Source: Anthoceros angustus
Lineage: Eukaryota; Plantae; Anthocerotophyta
Length of the DNA stretch: 64,000 bases
Direction: 5' to 3'
Assembly: GCA_010909165.1 (NCBI GenBank)
Contig: MU008169.1
Span: 868,001 to 932,000 of the forward strand
Shown here: positions 12,014-25,354 of the stretch, piece by piece
Position numbering within the stretch: the stretch's first letter is position 1
Layout of the letters: every line of letters starts with the position of its first letter
Program-made: the position numbers and the translations under genes
The notes under the pieces: model-generated
Told to the model about the DNA's origin: nothing
Seen by the model: only the letters and a program-made list of their open reading frames with translations
Databases searched by the model: none

Positions 12014-14075
12014 TTGAGAAACAATCTGCCTGGGCTTGAGGAGGCATCCCCGCCTTCTCCTCAGTGTCGTCGTATGGACCATCCAACATCCTCAGAGAGT
12101 AACGACGGGAGGACGCCGTCAGCAGTCCCGCAGGTGGGAGTGGATGCACCTGGGAAGGACTCAGATTCGTCTGCTTCCACCTTCGAAATGCAGAGCTCTG
12201 GGATGGCATGTCCGGAGCACAGTCATGAGCATCCTGCTGGACCTGGAAGTATGTCTCCAACCTGCATCAACCCGCCAGGCAGCCCTGTCAGCTTGGGTGC
12301 TCAGAACCTTGTCCCTCCAGAGGCGGATCGCACTTATGAGCCCTCAGTGCACAGAGTCGCTTTCCGGGTCCACGAGCATGCTATTCCGTACATTCTTGGC
12401 GGTGGTGGTGGGTTTTCCGTCAATTGGAGGGTAAGGTTCGATGATGCTTTGCAGTTTAGCCGCAGTGCTCAGGAGCCTTTGCTTGTCGCAAATGACTTGG
12501 AGCCTATTCTTCCAAACAGGGAACCTCCTGATGACAGCGCAGAGGAAGCTGTAGCCCTCCAGTCAGTGGCTGGACAGACGGAATCGCTGGAGCCGGATCC
12601 TACTTCTCAGCCCTCAATGGACAGAACCCCTGACCAGGCCCAGGAGCAAGTCTCGAATGCTACTCCTGTCATGACTGCCGGTGGTGATTTTTCCTTTCAG
12701 CGGACGGTAAGATTCGATGATGCTCTTCAGTTTGACCGCAGTGCTGAGGAGCCTTTCCTTGTCACAAATGACTTGGCTCCTTTTCAGCGAAACCGGGTAC
12801 TTCCTGATCCCAGCCGAGAGAGAGCTGCCCGCCAATCAAGGGCATTGGCTACAGCTCTTGGACCCGGGATTCGCTGGGCGATCGAATTGGATCTTGACCG
12901 TTACCTTATCACCGGGCCAACATGCTACGCTCTCATGTCACCACATTTTTCACGAGCAGAGTAGGAATCTAGTGCCCAGGGCAGGGATGAACATCTGTGC
13001 GTCATTTGATTATATGTATCATCGTTCTTCGTGTAAAGAGAAACCTGCTTGTCAGAAATGTCTTGAAGCTTAGTCGGCCAGACTAGGTGACTCCTGATGG
13101 CAGCACAGAGGGAGCTGTAGCCAGTCCACTGTCGCAGCTCTCTCTGGAAGGTTCGGTTTTCAAGATTCTGCGGGCGGGCTGCTTGCTGCAAAGGAGTTGC
13201 AGGTTTGAATGGGAACAGCCGTAGCCAACCCCACGGTTCGGGCAAAAATGACGGGCTTAGCCCGAGGCCTAGTCAGAGTCCAGGCTTCCATGTTGGAGGC
13301 TGAGACTACAACTCCAACTAAGGGTCCGATGACTTCATACCCAATGCGAGTCCAGGCTGCAAGCTTGGAGGCTGAGCCTACATCTCCAACCTACGATCCG
13401 AATACTCCAGACCCAGTCCGAGTTCAGGCTCCCAGTTTGGAACCTGAAACATCATCTCCACCCAAGGGAAGACCTTCCCGACGAGGAAAGGCACTGTGTG
13501 TGAAGAGAGCACAGATATGTCAGACACAGAGGCCTGGGCCAAGGAAGATGAGATGGCACAACTGTGGAGACAGGCTTTTGGCTGAAGCGCCTGGAGAGAG
13601 GTAACATCAACTTTGGTTTCCTTTCGCGGTTCTATGGGTACCCTTGTAAAGCACATTTCCGCGTTGCTATACTATTCAGAAGAGTGAACCTGCATTGTAG
13701 TCAGCCTGCAGCTATTGAAACGGAGCAACAGCAGAAAGCCGGTCGGCTGTATACATGACTATGAACGGAATTCAGAATGTGGTCAAGTGTGCTGTCTCTG
13801 TGGTCATGTGAGAGCTGCAATGAATGTGGAGTTCTTCGCTCCTCTCCGGGCTGTGAGCACCACTGGTGTCCATTCGTATCTCCTGCGGCCGTGAGCTTCA
13901 CTTTGACATCTTTTGTAGAGCTGCTTCACTCTGTTTGAAGGCAGTGCGTGGCCATGTTTGCAGGCCAAGAGAAGACAGCAACGCCAAGATCCTCGAGGAT
14001 AAGCATATTTTGGAGGAAGATAAAAGATATTCAGCAACCTAGGCCCTTGTACGTCAGAGCCTGAAGAAAGGCCCA
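12014..14075 (+). pseudogene. CLASSY/DRD1 copy C: N-terminal part, ATPase domain deleted
   Basis: ORF 12014-12964 aligns with exon 3 (DHPT..VGVDAPGK, CINPP..VSLGAQ). It is followed by repeat-region, exon-4 and exon-5-start homologues (13209-14075) with frameshifts, then jumps to 3'-flank sequence near 14135 that matches 20900-20930. Confidence 0.85.
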
Positions 14076-17069
14076 CTGAGTGACTTCAGCCTGTTCAGGT
14101 TCTGACCTACAAGGACCTAGGAACCTGAAGTCACGTCGACTTTGGCCTCTTGGTGATCTCAATGCTATAATAGATAAGGCAATGCTGCTGAGTGCTCTGG
14201 TGCTTTGGTTAAGTGGGGGTTTATAGACAATGGGGAGCTCTGGAACCTCTTGTTGCTGTTATACTTCTTGAGGGATGCTGCCATGGGCAGATGTGGCCAT
14301 GGTACCAACTGAGGAGGTCACATGCACTGCCCTGGGCATTCAGACCAAAACACTCCCTACGTTGAACATCCCAGCTGTCCCTTGAGCAAGTGCCCGTCAT
14401 CTGACTGGGACATCGGCTTGTGAGGCCGTCATTCCGCGCACTGGTAGCTAGGAGCTTGCATAAAATGCGTCAAAGTGGCTTCCTTCTGACGATACAGTGC
14501 TGGAATGTGGAAGTCCATACTTCTTCCTTTACCCGGGTGGTCCTGCCATGAATCCAGCTCTTTCAGTTTCCCGTGGTTTGCAGCCGATTTGGAAGTCGTC
14601 ATTTCTACAACTATGTCAGGTTCCTGGGGAAATCGTGGTCTGGTACGAGTTTGTCTGAGACTCATGGCTTTCTACCCCCGTTTGGCTGCACGGCTGGAGG
14701 ATGGTCCTGTCCAGTTTCACGACCGCGCACACTCAAATATGTTTATGATACGCCATTACTTTCCTCACCCAAGAAGAAGGACCCAGCATTGAAATGGGTT
14801 GGACGTCGGTGTAGAGAACACGTCTGACTCGCCAGCCCTCGGCCACCTCAAATGTTCGCAAATATTGTCATTACGTTACTCTTACATAAGATATGTAATT
14901 GAAGCTATTGAAGCTGTATTATTGGTCAATATTTAAAGTTCATCAAATGTTGTCAATGACCTGCTAAAGGTACCAAAAAAACATGAAGATGATAAAGTGC
15001 ATAGTTTATGCTTTGCTTGTGTCATAGTTTACCAATATAAAAAAGAGCTTGTAATGAGATGAAATTTTTCATGGTCTAAAGAAGATTAAAATGAGACCAT
15101 GAAACAAGCAAAATGAGTGAATCCTAGAAGTGGATCCGAGAAGTGTAGAGTTGCTCATGCTTGAACGAGTAGTACCTTTCATGGGAGTAGTATCAAGAAA
15201 GGTAATGTATTTTCTTGGTCCCTGTGACGCATCCAATAAGTCCTTTGTCAGCATCACCTATGACCTTCTTTGTGAACATCACCCATGATCTTCAAGAACA
15301 TGCAAAGGTATTCAAGGAGGGAAATTAGACATCACATCTAAGCTTAGATGTGTGTCCTTGATAACTTTGTTACACCTTCCATTCTGGGTCAACATGCATA
15401 AAGTACCTACATTGCTTGTAACCTAACTATGAGAAGACAAGCTTGCTGAAATAGGTGTATCATTCTTGGACTGTAAAATTTTCCAAAAAATAAATATTGT
15501 AAAAGACGCATAATAAAATAAAATATATTTATTTTAGGTTGGTTGTTTAATATTTTATTTTAAAATAAAAATAATTAAAAACTATAGATCCACACATAAT
15601 TGTCAAGGCCACACAAAGCTCCTCCGATATAAAAATTGGGATTTTAAAAGTGGGTGAAGTTAACCCTATTGTAGAACGGTTAAACTCTATACAACTTACC
15701 ATGCTAGCAAGATAAAATGACCAAACGTCTACCCTTCCCAAGGCCTTGAAATTGCGTTGGGGCCAAGCCTACCTCCAGTAATGATTATTTAGTGTAGTTT
15801 GTGTTAGTGTAATTTGTACGCCCCTTGGTAAAATTGTTAGAGGGCATTGAGAGAGAACTAACATAAGCTGTCTCACAACGTCCGCAAAGATCTTCTTGCA
15901 GCCTACTGTGTTGTTACCACTTCACGCACTCTAGTGGGTCGAATGAGACGTCATGTTTAGAATGATGTGTCCAAGCCACTTCAACCATGCCGACCAAGTG
16001 ACCTCACTTGCTTTGTTTGAGATCCTCTTAGTCTCCCTAATATGTCTTTCAGTCGATGGTTTATCCCATCTTTACTTTAATTTTTTCTAAAGTATTCTCT
16101 TTATATTTCTATAAGAATAAAAGATATAAATTATTATCTAACTTAATTTTATAGGACTTTGAATATTTTTTAGTTCTCTGCCTTGCATTTGTGAAGAGCT
16201 TAAAATTTGAACGAAGCTCGCACTAAGAGAAATTTGAACAAAGAACGAAGAACGCGAAAGGGCCGAGTGCGGACCGATGAGCACCAAGAGCTGGTGGAGC
16301 GTAGATGACGACTCCGTACTTGATACGTGAAGCGTTTATTAGACGCATCATTCACCGGTATGGAGCAAAGGACGGGTGGGAAAACGGGTGAAATGCCGAG
16401 TTCACGCTTAACGATTCGCGATTCGCGATTCGCGAACAGAACGTCCGTCGCTAGTGCTGGGCCTTCCAGGCGTAACGCGTAACTGGGACGTGAAGGTCCG
16501 CCGCAGCCGAGGACTCGAGCAAGCAGCAGTGAAGTCATCAGTAGTTCCAAGGCATTGCGCCTTCTCTGCTGCAATTGCAATTTTGGCTGCCGCTGCTGCG
16601 TCTTCTGCTCTTCGGGCAGGCTGCTCGCTCGATCGCTCTGTGGGTTTGCTCCTGTGTCGCCTCCTCGCTCTTGCTCTTCTTGCTGTGCCTGCTCTCAGGC
16701 TACGTGCCTAAACTGCAATTTCTGCTCAGAGCTTCCGCTTCTGACTGGGCGGAGAGCCGGTTTCCCTCTGTGCTCCAGTTTCTTGCTTCTGCATGTGTGC
16801 CGGATTGCCTCGGTTGCTTGTTTCAGTCCCTGTTAGAACGCAATTCTTCCTGCTGCTGTGCAGCTTCTGGGCTTCCAGGGCCGGGGACTGGCATTTCTTG
16901 CACCTGGTGTATGGCTATGGCTGTGCGCTCTCTCTCGCTGTCTTTCTCTCGGTTCTCTGCTGGATAGGAAAGAGTGTGTGTGATCGGGGGGAAGGGAGGG
17001 GAGTTTGTGGAATTTCACCTGTTGCATTGCGCGTGCTGTAGACGGTTCCGGTGTGTTTGTATGGGGCTC

Positions 17070-20000
17070 ATGGATTTGTCCTCCTCCTCCTCGTATGCTC
17101 AGTCTCACCTGCCTGTGCCCGGGAATCAGCCGCATGCTGGCTACGCCTGGACTGCGGCACCTGCAATGCAGGCGGCTGCTTCTGTCGCTCTGGGGCTTGC
17201 CAGCAACCCCATCGTGATAGACGATGAGCCCGACCTGGAGGTGGCGCCGCAGGAGCCAAGAACGAACGGTGCGTGCAGTTTTCAGGCTCTTGATTTGGTT
17301 TTGTTCGGGTCGGTGGTGAGCGGAGACTGACCTCGGTTGCTTGAGCAGGTTCCGAGAGGCAGGGGCGGAAGAGGTCTGCTCACCAGGGAGGCTTCGACTA
17401 CTTCCACAATGTAAGACTTGCCAGAATTCGGGAGTGTAAGCGGCTGCAGCTCTTTAACGCTCCTTCTGTAACCAGTTCTGAAGTTTGCCTTGGAACCCTG
17501 CAGCCGGGTAGTGCCCCAGAGATCATTCAGTTAGATGATGAAGATGAGCCTTCCTGTCTCAATGCCCAGAGTTTGCCCTTTTCTTTTTCAAACTATCAGG
17601 CTAGGCCTTATGAGGCATCCCAGCCAGCTTCTCAGCGTCGTCGTTTGGACCATCCAACACTCTCAGCATGGAATGGCGGGATGGCCTCGGCAGTCACGCA
17701 TGTGGGAGTGGATGCACCTGGGAAAGGCTTAGATTCTCCTACTTCCATCTTAGAAGTTCAGAGCCCAGCTGCACCTGTTCCGTTGTCCTCTTCGGGCTGG
17801 AGGACCTTATCCCACATGCATGGGCCTCAAGGTATTCCTCCAATCTGCATCAACCCGCCAAGCAGGCCTGTCAGCCTGGGTGCTCAGGACCTTGCCCCTC
17901 TGGAGCGTAATCGTACTTGTGAGACCTCAATGGATATTGTCGCTCTCCCGGTCCACGAGCAAGTCTCGAATGCTATGCAGGCCATGACGCCGGGTGAAAA
18001 TTGCGTTGATTGGAAGGTCAAATTCCAGGATGCTTTGCAGTTTGGTCACAGTACTGAGACACCTTTGCTTGTCAGTAATGACTTGGAGCCTAGTTTGCCA
18101 ATCTGGGTAGCTCATGATGACAGCACAGAGGGAGCCTTAGCCAGTCCAATGTCGCAGCCACCTCTGCAAGGCCCCCAGGGTTCGGCGGGCGGGCCTCTTG
18201 CCGCAGAGGAGTTGCAGGTTGGGATGGGGACAGCCGAAGCCAACACCACGGTTGTGACAAAAGTGAAGGCCTCAGCCCGAGGCAGAGTAAGAGTCAGAGT
18301 CCGAGTCCAGGTTCCAAGTTTGGAGGCTGAAACTGCATCTCCACCCAAGGGCACGAAGTCTCCTCACCAAATCCCAGTCCAGGTTCCAAGTTTGGAGTCT
18401 GAAACGACATCTCCACCCAAGGGCACGAAGTCTCCACACCGAATCCGAGTTCAGGCTCCAAGTTTGGAGGTTGGAACTACAGCTCCACCCAAGGGTCCGA
18501 AGACTCCACACCGAGTCCGAGTCCAGGCTCCAACTTTGGTGCCTGAAACTACATCTCCACCCAAGGTTCGGAAGACTCCAGACTTTCCCGACGAGGACTG
18601 GCCCCCTCTGCCAGAGAGCACCGATATGTCACACACAGAGGCCAAGGCCAAGGCTAAGGCCTTGGAAGATGAGATGGCAGAACTCTGGAGAGAGGCTGCT
18701 TTGGCTGAAGAGCTTGGAAAGGTAACAGCACCTCTGCTCTCCTTAAGCAGTTCTATGGTCACTTATGTAGAGAACATTTCAGAAGTCTGCGTTGCTGTAT
18801 TATTCATAACAGTGAACCTGCATTGTTGTCAGCCTGCACCTATTGAAACGGAGCAAGAGCAGAAGCCGATCGGCTGTATACATGAATATGAGCGAAATTC
18901 AGAGTGTGGGCAAGTCTGCTCTCTCTGTGGTCACGTGAAAGCTGCAATGAGTGTGGAGTTCTTCGCTCCTCTCCGGGCCGTAAGCTCTACTCTCACCCAT
19001 TCGTTTAGAAGTTTGCATGTCCTGCAACTGTGAGCCTCCTTTGGGCATCTTTTGTGAAGCTGCTTCATTCTGTTTGAAGGCAATTTGTCCATGTTTGCAG
19101 GCCAGGAGAAGACGACAACGCGAAGAAGAGGATAAGGATTTCCTGGAGGAGGATAAGATTTTCATCGACATGGGCCCTCATAGGTCACAACCTGAAGAAA
19201 AGCCCATTGAGCAGCTCAAGGTGAAGATTCCTCCTCATTTTATGTCCAAGATGAAGGAACATCAGGTGAAAGGATTTCAATTCCTTGTCAAGTCTCTGGA
19301 TGGCAGAGGAGGATGTATTTTTGCGCATGCCCCAGGAACAGGGAAAACGTTCTTGATGATAGCCTTTGTGAAAGGCTTGCTCACTTCCTATCCGGCCAAG
19401 AAGGTGCTGATTGTAGCTCCAAAAGTGATGGTGGAACCCTGGAAGGATGAGTTCCAGAGATGGAAAGTCAGGGATATCAACATTCTGACTATATATGACA
19501 AGTCCGCTGAGACGCACGATGTGGAAGAACGTCGTAGAGAAATTCTTCATCAATGGAAGGAGGAGAAAAGTGTACTGATCGTTAGCTACAACATTGTTAG
19601 CCGGATCATTCTCAAGGAGGGGACACAACATGATGAACTTCGGGATATCCTAGTGGGAACTCCGGATTTGGTTATCCTGGATGAAGGACATTTTGTACGC
19701 ACGAAAAGGACCAATGCCCTTCAAGCCTTGAAGAAGGTTAAGACGAGCAACAGGGTGATCCTGAGTGGTACTTTATTTCAGAATAACTTCGAGGAGTTGT
19801 ACCAGATGCTCAGTTTTGTGAAGCCAGACTTCCTGGGAAATGACCCAGAGTTCGTGCGAAAGCGGATGGCGCTGGAGCAGGAGCAGGAGAATGACAGACA
19901 GCGCAATACTGGCAGGATAACCCAGGCTATGGTAGACAAATGGGAGAAGCAAAGGGAAACTATGAGGGAGAGTTTCTGGGAGGCGAAGTGTAAATCCATC

Positions 20001-20900
20001 AACAGGACTGCAAATAGTCACGCTAGAGATCTGAGTATACAGACCATTCGGAATCTGACTCCTTTTGTGGACTGTCATGAAGGTGCCGCCCTTAAGTCTC
20101 TTCCAGGACTGTCCGAATTCGTGGTTCATCTGAAGCTGCAGCCTTTGCAGGCGGAGCTCGTGGCAAAAGTGCGGTCAAAATATAGTAATCAGCTGCTTAA
20201 GAATACTGCGCACACAAGATTAGTGATTATTCATCCGTTCCTCTGCCCTGGCGAGTACCGGGAGGAGTTTCCTGATCTCGACAGAACAGCCTCGACTCCA
20301 AGCAAGGGTGTGAAAGTTGACTTCGTTATGCAGATCCTGAATCTCTGCGACAAGGCAGGAGAAAAGCTAATTGTTTTCAGCAGGCTGCTCGACCCTCTGA
20401 ATTACATACAGGGGGTTCTTCAAACGCACTGGAACTGGGCTTTGGGAGATAAAATTCTGGCTGTTGATGGGAAAGACACCCTGAGAAACGACACAATTAA
20501 GAAATTCAATGACAAGAATCACCCTTCGAGGGTCCTTCTAGCCTCTATCAAGGCTTGCGGAGAAGGTGTAAATCTCACTGGAGCCTCCAGGATGATACTC
20601 CTGGAACCGGATTACAACCCTAGCGTCACCCGTCAAGCGGTGAGCCGGGCTTTCCGCGTTGGGCAAGAGAAGAAGGTGGTTGCCTATCATCTGATTGCGG
20701 CAAATACAGGGGAGTCGGAAATTCGCAGGAAGGCCTTAGACAAGGAATGGGTATCGAGGAATCTATTTGGGACTGAAGGCATTGCTGACAACAGTGACCA
20801 GGAAATAAGTGATCCAAGTAGGTGCGCGGATGAGTTCTTTCAATCCAATGCCGTAACAAAGCATCTGGACAGACTTTATATGGCACAGAAGGCACTTTGA
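17070..20900 (+). CDS. CLASSY/DRD1-family SNF2 chromatin remodeller (RdDM), about 1141 aa, 5 exons
   Basis: Exons 17070-17268, 17349-17410, 17504-18721, 18833-18979 and 19101-20900 have phase-compatible GT-AG introns. Motifs include GCIFAHAPGTGKT, LDEGH, LSGTLFQNNFEELY and QAVSRAFRVGQ, plus the family CxH..GxVCxxCG motif (CIHEYERNSECGQVCSLCG). CLSY versus DRD1 subclade is not resolved. Confidence 0.92.
18299..18586 (+). repeat. 4 x 72-bp in-frame coding repeat (24 aa, VRVQxPSLExETxSPPKGxKSPHR)
   Basis: Units start at 18299, 18371, 18443 and 18515. Confidence 0.95.
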
Positions 20901-21306
20901 TGTTGGCCTCGTGGTGATCTGAATGCTAAGAACAGCGAAGGTAATGGTGTATGCTCTGAGAATTTGAAGACAATTGTGAATTTTTGAGAAAAACTGCTTC
21001 CATGTTGCAAATCTGAATGCTTTGGATGCAAATCGCATGGGTTTTGGGCGTTGTGCACCTAAGACTCTTTCTAATTGAATCTCCAAGTCAACCAGAGCGC
21101 CTCGAAGGATGCAAGATTGTATCAATCTCATGTATACATCCGGTAGCAATCCAACCCTTCAGATTCTGAAAAGTCAGGTCATTTCTTGTACACAAGAGAA
21201 CCAATCCGACAAACTTCCTGCTGGGACATGAGATGTTGTGACGTTGTAGAGTTGATAACAAAGAAATGGTCCAGTGGAGTATCATCTCCAAGAATTGTCT
21301 GTCCTA

Positions 21307-23723
21307 CTAAGCAAGAGCACCGGTTTTCTCAGACGGTAGAGGTGCAACCTTTGACACGCTAGGGCTGTCGACTGCTACCCCCATTGAGTGGAGTCCGTTG
21401 TCAACGTAAATTACGCTTCCTGTAATGGCTGAAGCCAAAGACGACGACAAGAAAGCTGCAGTGTTCCCCACATCCTCTGCAATAAAACGTTGGCAAGGAG
21501 ATTAATTGCATAATATACGCTTGGACGTGGTTGAGGAACCTCAGTTTCCACCCACATGTACGACACTCACCTGCTTCAAGCTCTTTCTGAAGTGGAGCAT
21601 TTGCTGTGGAGTAGTTTATCATATCATCGATAAAACCAATTGCTTTTGCTGCCCTGCTTCTCAGTGGGCCTAAACGATCATTCCAAAACAGAAGCGCAGA
21701 AATGCTTGTAATATCCTCCCAGGGCATAGATACTAAGGCCAGATATCTAGTAGCCCGAGAGAAGTAACGTACCTGCTGAGATAGTGTTGACTCGAATGTT
21801 ATGTTTCCTTCCTACTTCAAACGCAAGTACCTGAAAAGGGATCTCTGTCAGCATTTTCAAAGGAGGCCCGACAGGGTCATCGTCAGCATCTGGAAAGGAA
21901 GATATTTGTGAACGTACTCTGGTATCAGATTCGAGAGCAGCCTTTGCTGAACTCATTCCTCCACCATACCTGTTTGCGCACAACATGATCAGAAGCCTTG
22001 CATTGGTTTCCAAGAGCAAGACCCCAATATGCAGAGCAATCATATCGGTGGGGGCGGCTGCCATCTTAATCGAACCCTCGTGTACTATTCAATTCAGGTA
22101 GCTCTGTGGCATGGCGATGGATTCCAAGTGCAAAATAGAGTCTACCCTTAGGACTGCACACTCGCACAGTCAGCTTTTGAAGTTTACCCTGGTATAATCT
22201 TCTCAGAGGCAAGGTATGTCAGAGAAAGTGATGATCCGCCTGCATTGAACGCATAAGGATGCACTTGAGAGAGACGTAGCTAGTAGCCATACTTTACTCA
22301 GTGCAGTCTCCAAGTAGCTCTCCAATATTACAGACCTGAGTTGATAAAGGGTGCGAAGTGCTTGAGCAAGGAAATATAGGAATATGTTGATGCTGAAATA
22401 GCGGCTAAGTAGCCCTTTCTTGAGGTTTCTAGAAGCGGTTTTGTCACCTGACACTCACCAGCTCTCATGTTTGCCCAAACCGTTTACAGCTAACAGATGG
22501 AAGGATAGCAAATGGATGTAAAGTTGGTCACCTCAGGTCCATTTGCAAGTGAGTGCACCAGAATGTCGAGTGAGCCGTAATCTCTTCTTATGTTTTCAGC
22601 TACTTCCTGTCCGACATTTGAAGACGAGAGTGTAGCTCCCGCCTAACTCAAATTTAGCGGCAGAAATTGGTCATGGAATAAAAGTTCCCTCACCTGTACT
22701 GTCCAACCTGTCGCTCCAGCATATCTTTTGTTGCTTTTCACCTGAGCCCATTCCGAACGCACATGTGCAAGTCAGCATAAAACAACATGAGAGGAGTCTG
22801 GCTGCACTACCAGAAGCTGCAGCCTTATCTGTCACTGCAAAGCTATGATCTGCTGGACCCGGTGAGAAATTGTACATACGTCGTCAGGGACATCTTCAGG
22901 TGTGTCGTAAACCGCGTCCAGAGGATAAACTTTTGCGATCTCCAACAAGGATCCATTAGGCAGCCTAAATAACAAGCCAACGATGACAGCAACACCACCT
23001 CAGTACCTTGTGAAGCATGCTCAGCAGTACGCTAGCACAAGAGCTTTAGCTAACACATAATCGGCAGAGAAAGGAGCTTACACCCTTGACTCATCAAACT
23101 TCCCACGCCGAAGGCTGCTCTCGAAGATATTCAAAGCCTGCAACAGGAGCGTGCTACGAGTGTCAAGGCCGATCGATGTGAGCTTCACCTCGTGCAACAG
23201 GATAAAAAAACTTCCTCGGCAACACATACCGGCACCCAAGTTCCCACAAGAATTTCAGCTCCAGCTGCGGCCAGAGCCTTCGCAATCGCCCACCCAAATC
23301 CTTGGTCATCTGCAACGCCCGCGATGAAGGCTCTTTTACCTGCAGACAAGCGCGGAGGCAGTCACTTCAGCTCCTCTGAGCAAATTGCAAATTCAACACT
23401 CGCCAGTGCCCAGGCCACAGACCTCGCAAGTCGATAGGAAGGCCAGACGACGACCCCGCCCCCGTGCCATTGGCAGATGCAACAGCCTGAAGCACAGTAC
23501 TGCTCGGCTGCTTGCATGCGAAGCTCACCGATCCCTTCAACGACTGCACACCCCGCACGAAAGTGTGGGTCTGGGAAGCATGCATGGTCCGAAGCCCCAC
23601 AAAATCAGACGAGAGCGGGATGGCCATTCCACAGGACGAAGAACTCGGTGACATTTTCCGAGCTCCGAATGCGGAGCCCCCCGCCAACGAGCCAGCAAAC
23701 TGGCAGTGTGCAGTGGCAGCCAT
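21307..23723 (-). CDS. ENR: Plastid enoyl-[ACP] reductase (NADH), 12 exons
   Basis: A transit peptide is followed by [95 protein letters not shown] and [11 protein letters not shown]. Splice phases are consistent. This is the MOD1/FabI orthologue. Confidence 0.97.
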
Positions 23724-24409
23724 TGCAGAGCTCCACAGAATTCTCCCCCAGCAACAGCTCCTGGTAGATGAGAGAGCTGGACGAGCCTCACCAAAACCAC
23801 GATCTACCACTGACAGGCTCTTTTATTTCTCCTCCCAGCGAGAGGTACTGGCCACCAACTCCCCGGGTGGTTGCCAATCCCGGTGCTGACTGGCCCGAGA
23901 CCGTTCATGCCGAGGGCAATTGGCGTTGTCTTCAAGGCCCGCCCTGGCCCCCCTGCTTGTCCCTTGCATGCTCCAGTTGGTGTCTGAAAGAGGACCGAAT
24001 ATCTGATGGCTCCAGACTCTCCTTGCAGAAACATCTGTTACTCTACTAATTCCAGAAGCACTCCAGGTCACATATACCCCATCACTCTTACCTTCCTTCA
24101 AACACCCGGGGTGTAAACGAAGATGCTTCCCCCCTCATAGCTCGATCCTCCGAACCTTGAACCCCAACCCCAGATTACGTTCTTCGGATAAACGGCCTGC
24201 TGAAAGGCCTTGGCTTCCAAGTGTCACAAACCTCACACATTCTCTTGAAGACATCGATCGATGCAGCCATCGTCGCGGTCGCCTCACTGCCATAGCACTA
24301 TATCTGCAGCCCCGCGGATGGGACTGTCATCGCCACCAACTCCGGATCCGCACTCAGCAGCAGCAGCAGCAGCAACAGCAGTTGCATCACTGGTCCATCG
24401 GAAACGGCC

Positions 24410-25000
24410 ATGGCTGCCTCCAGATGCTCCCTGCTCCTCCTGCTGCTGGCAGCGTTCTTCGGGATCGACCGGGCGGATGCGCAATCGGCTCCCGCTCCCG
24501 TGGACCCGGCCTGCCAGGCGCCGTTCCAGGAGCTGGGACCGTGCCTGGACTTCGCATCCGGCGCAACGGCATCTCCCTCGGCGCAGTGTTGCAGCGGCCT
24601 GAAGGACGTCGCCGCAAACCACCTCGAATGCCTGTGCGAACTCCTGGCCAACCCGGGCCAGTTCAAGATCAACCTCACGCTCGCCTTAGAGCTCCCGGCG
24701 CTGTGCCAAGTCCCCGTCTCCCCGACCGCCTGCGGTCCTGCCTCTACTCCGCCCTCGGGAACCCCTGCCCCGCCTGCTCTGTCTCCTCCACTCGCTGCTC
24801 CCCCGACTCCCCCGACTCCGGCTCCTTCATTCCCTGCTCCCCCGACCCCTCCAATCCCTGCTCCCCTGGTGCAATCTCCTCCTGCCTTCTTCCTTCCAGC
24901 TCCTGCACCGGCTCCTAGCGGCTCCTCCACTCCCAAGGCGTCGGCCATCGGATCTCTCCTTGCGCTCGCGGCTGTCACTCTTGCTGCAGCTTTGCTGTAG
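24410..25000 (+). CDS. GPI-anchored non-specific lipid transfer protein (LTPG/xylogen-like), intronless
   Basis: Signal peptide, 8-Cys motif (C..C..CC..CLC..C..C), Pro/Ala-rich linker and hydrophobic C-terminal GPI signal. Confidence 0.93.
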   Translation: MAASRCSLLLLLLAAFFGIDRADAQSAPAPVDPACQAPFQELGPCLDFASGATASPSAQCCSGLKDVAANHLECLCELLANPGQFKINLTLALELPALCQVPVSPTACGPASTPPSGTPAPPALSPPLAAPPTPPTPAPSFPAPPTPPIPAPLVQSPPAFFLPAPAPAPSGSSTPKASAIGSLLALAAVTLAAALL

Positions 25001-25354
25001 GCGAAATTCATACAATTCTTGAACTGCAGCTGAAGCAAATGTCGCGTTGCAGCTGCATCTTGTTCAATAACGCACAAGGTGACGTTGTGCACGTCTTGAG
25101 CAGAATCTGATCTGGAGCGGGCAATAGAATTAGAGCAAGCTCTAGCTGCTATGCTGCCAGACAGGCCATCCGTCCCCAATGCATGGATGTTACAAGCTCA
25201 GTCTTTCCAGGCAGAATAACCAAAGGAGTTTGGAATGTGACACAAACTTGTGATCACAAACTTTGCATACAGTAATCTTGCTGCTGGCCATGGTTCTATG
25301 GCTGCGGTTTCTCCTCAGCTCGTTGGTGATTGTCGATTCTTCCCGCTTATGGAT

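Noticed and set aside
16200-17060. Overlapping 85-130 aa ORFs upstream of the remodeller
   Set aside because: GC-rich, low-complexity promoter/5' UTR sequence with non-ATG starts and no domain signal.
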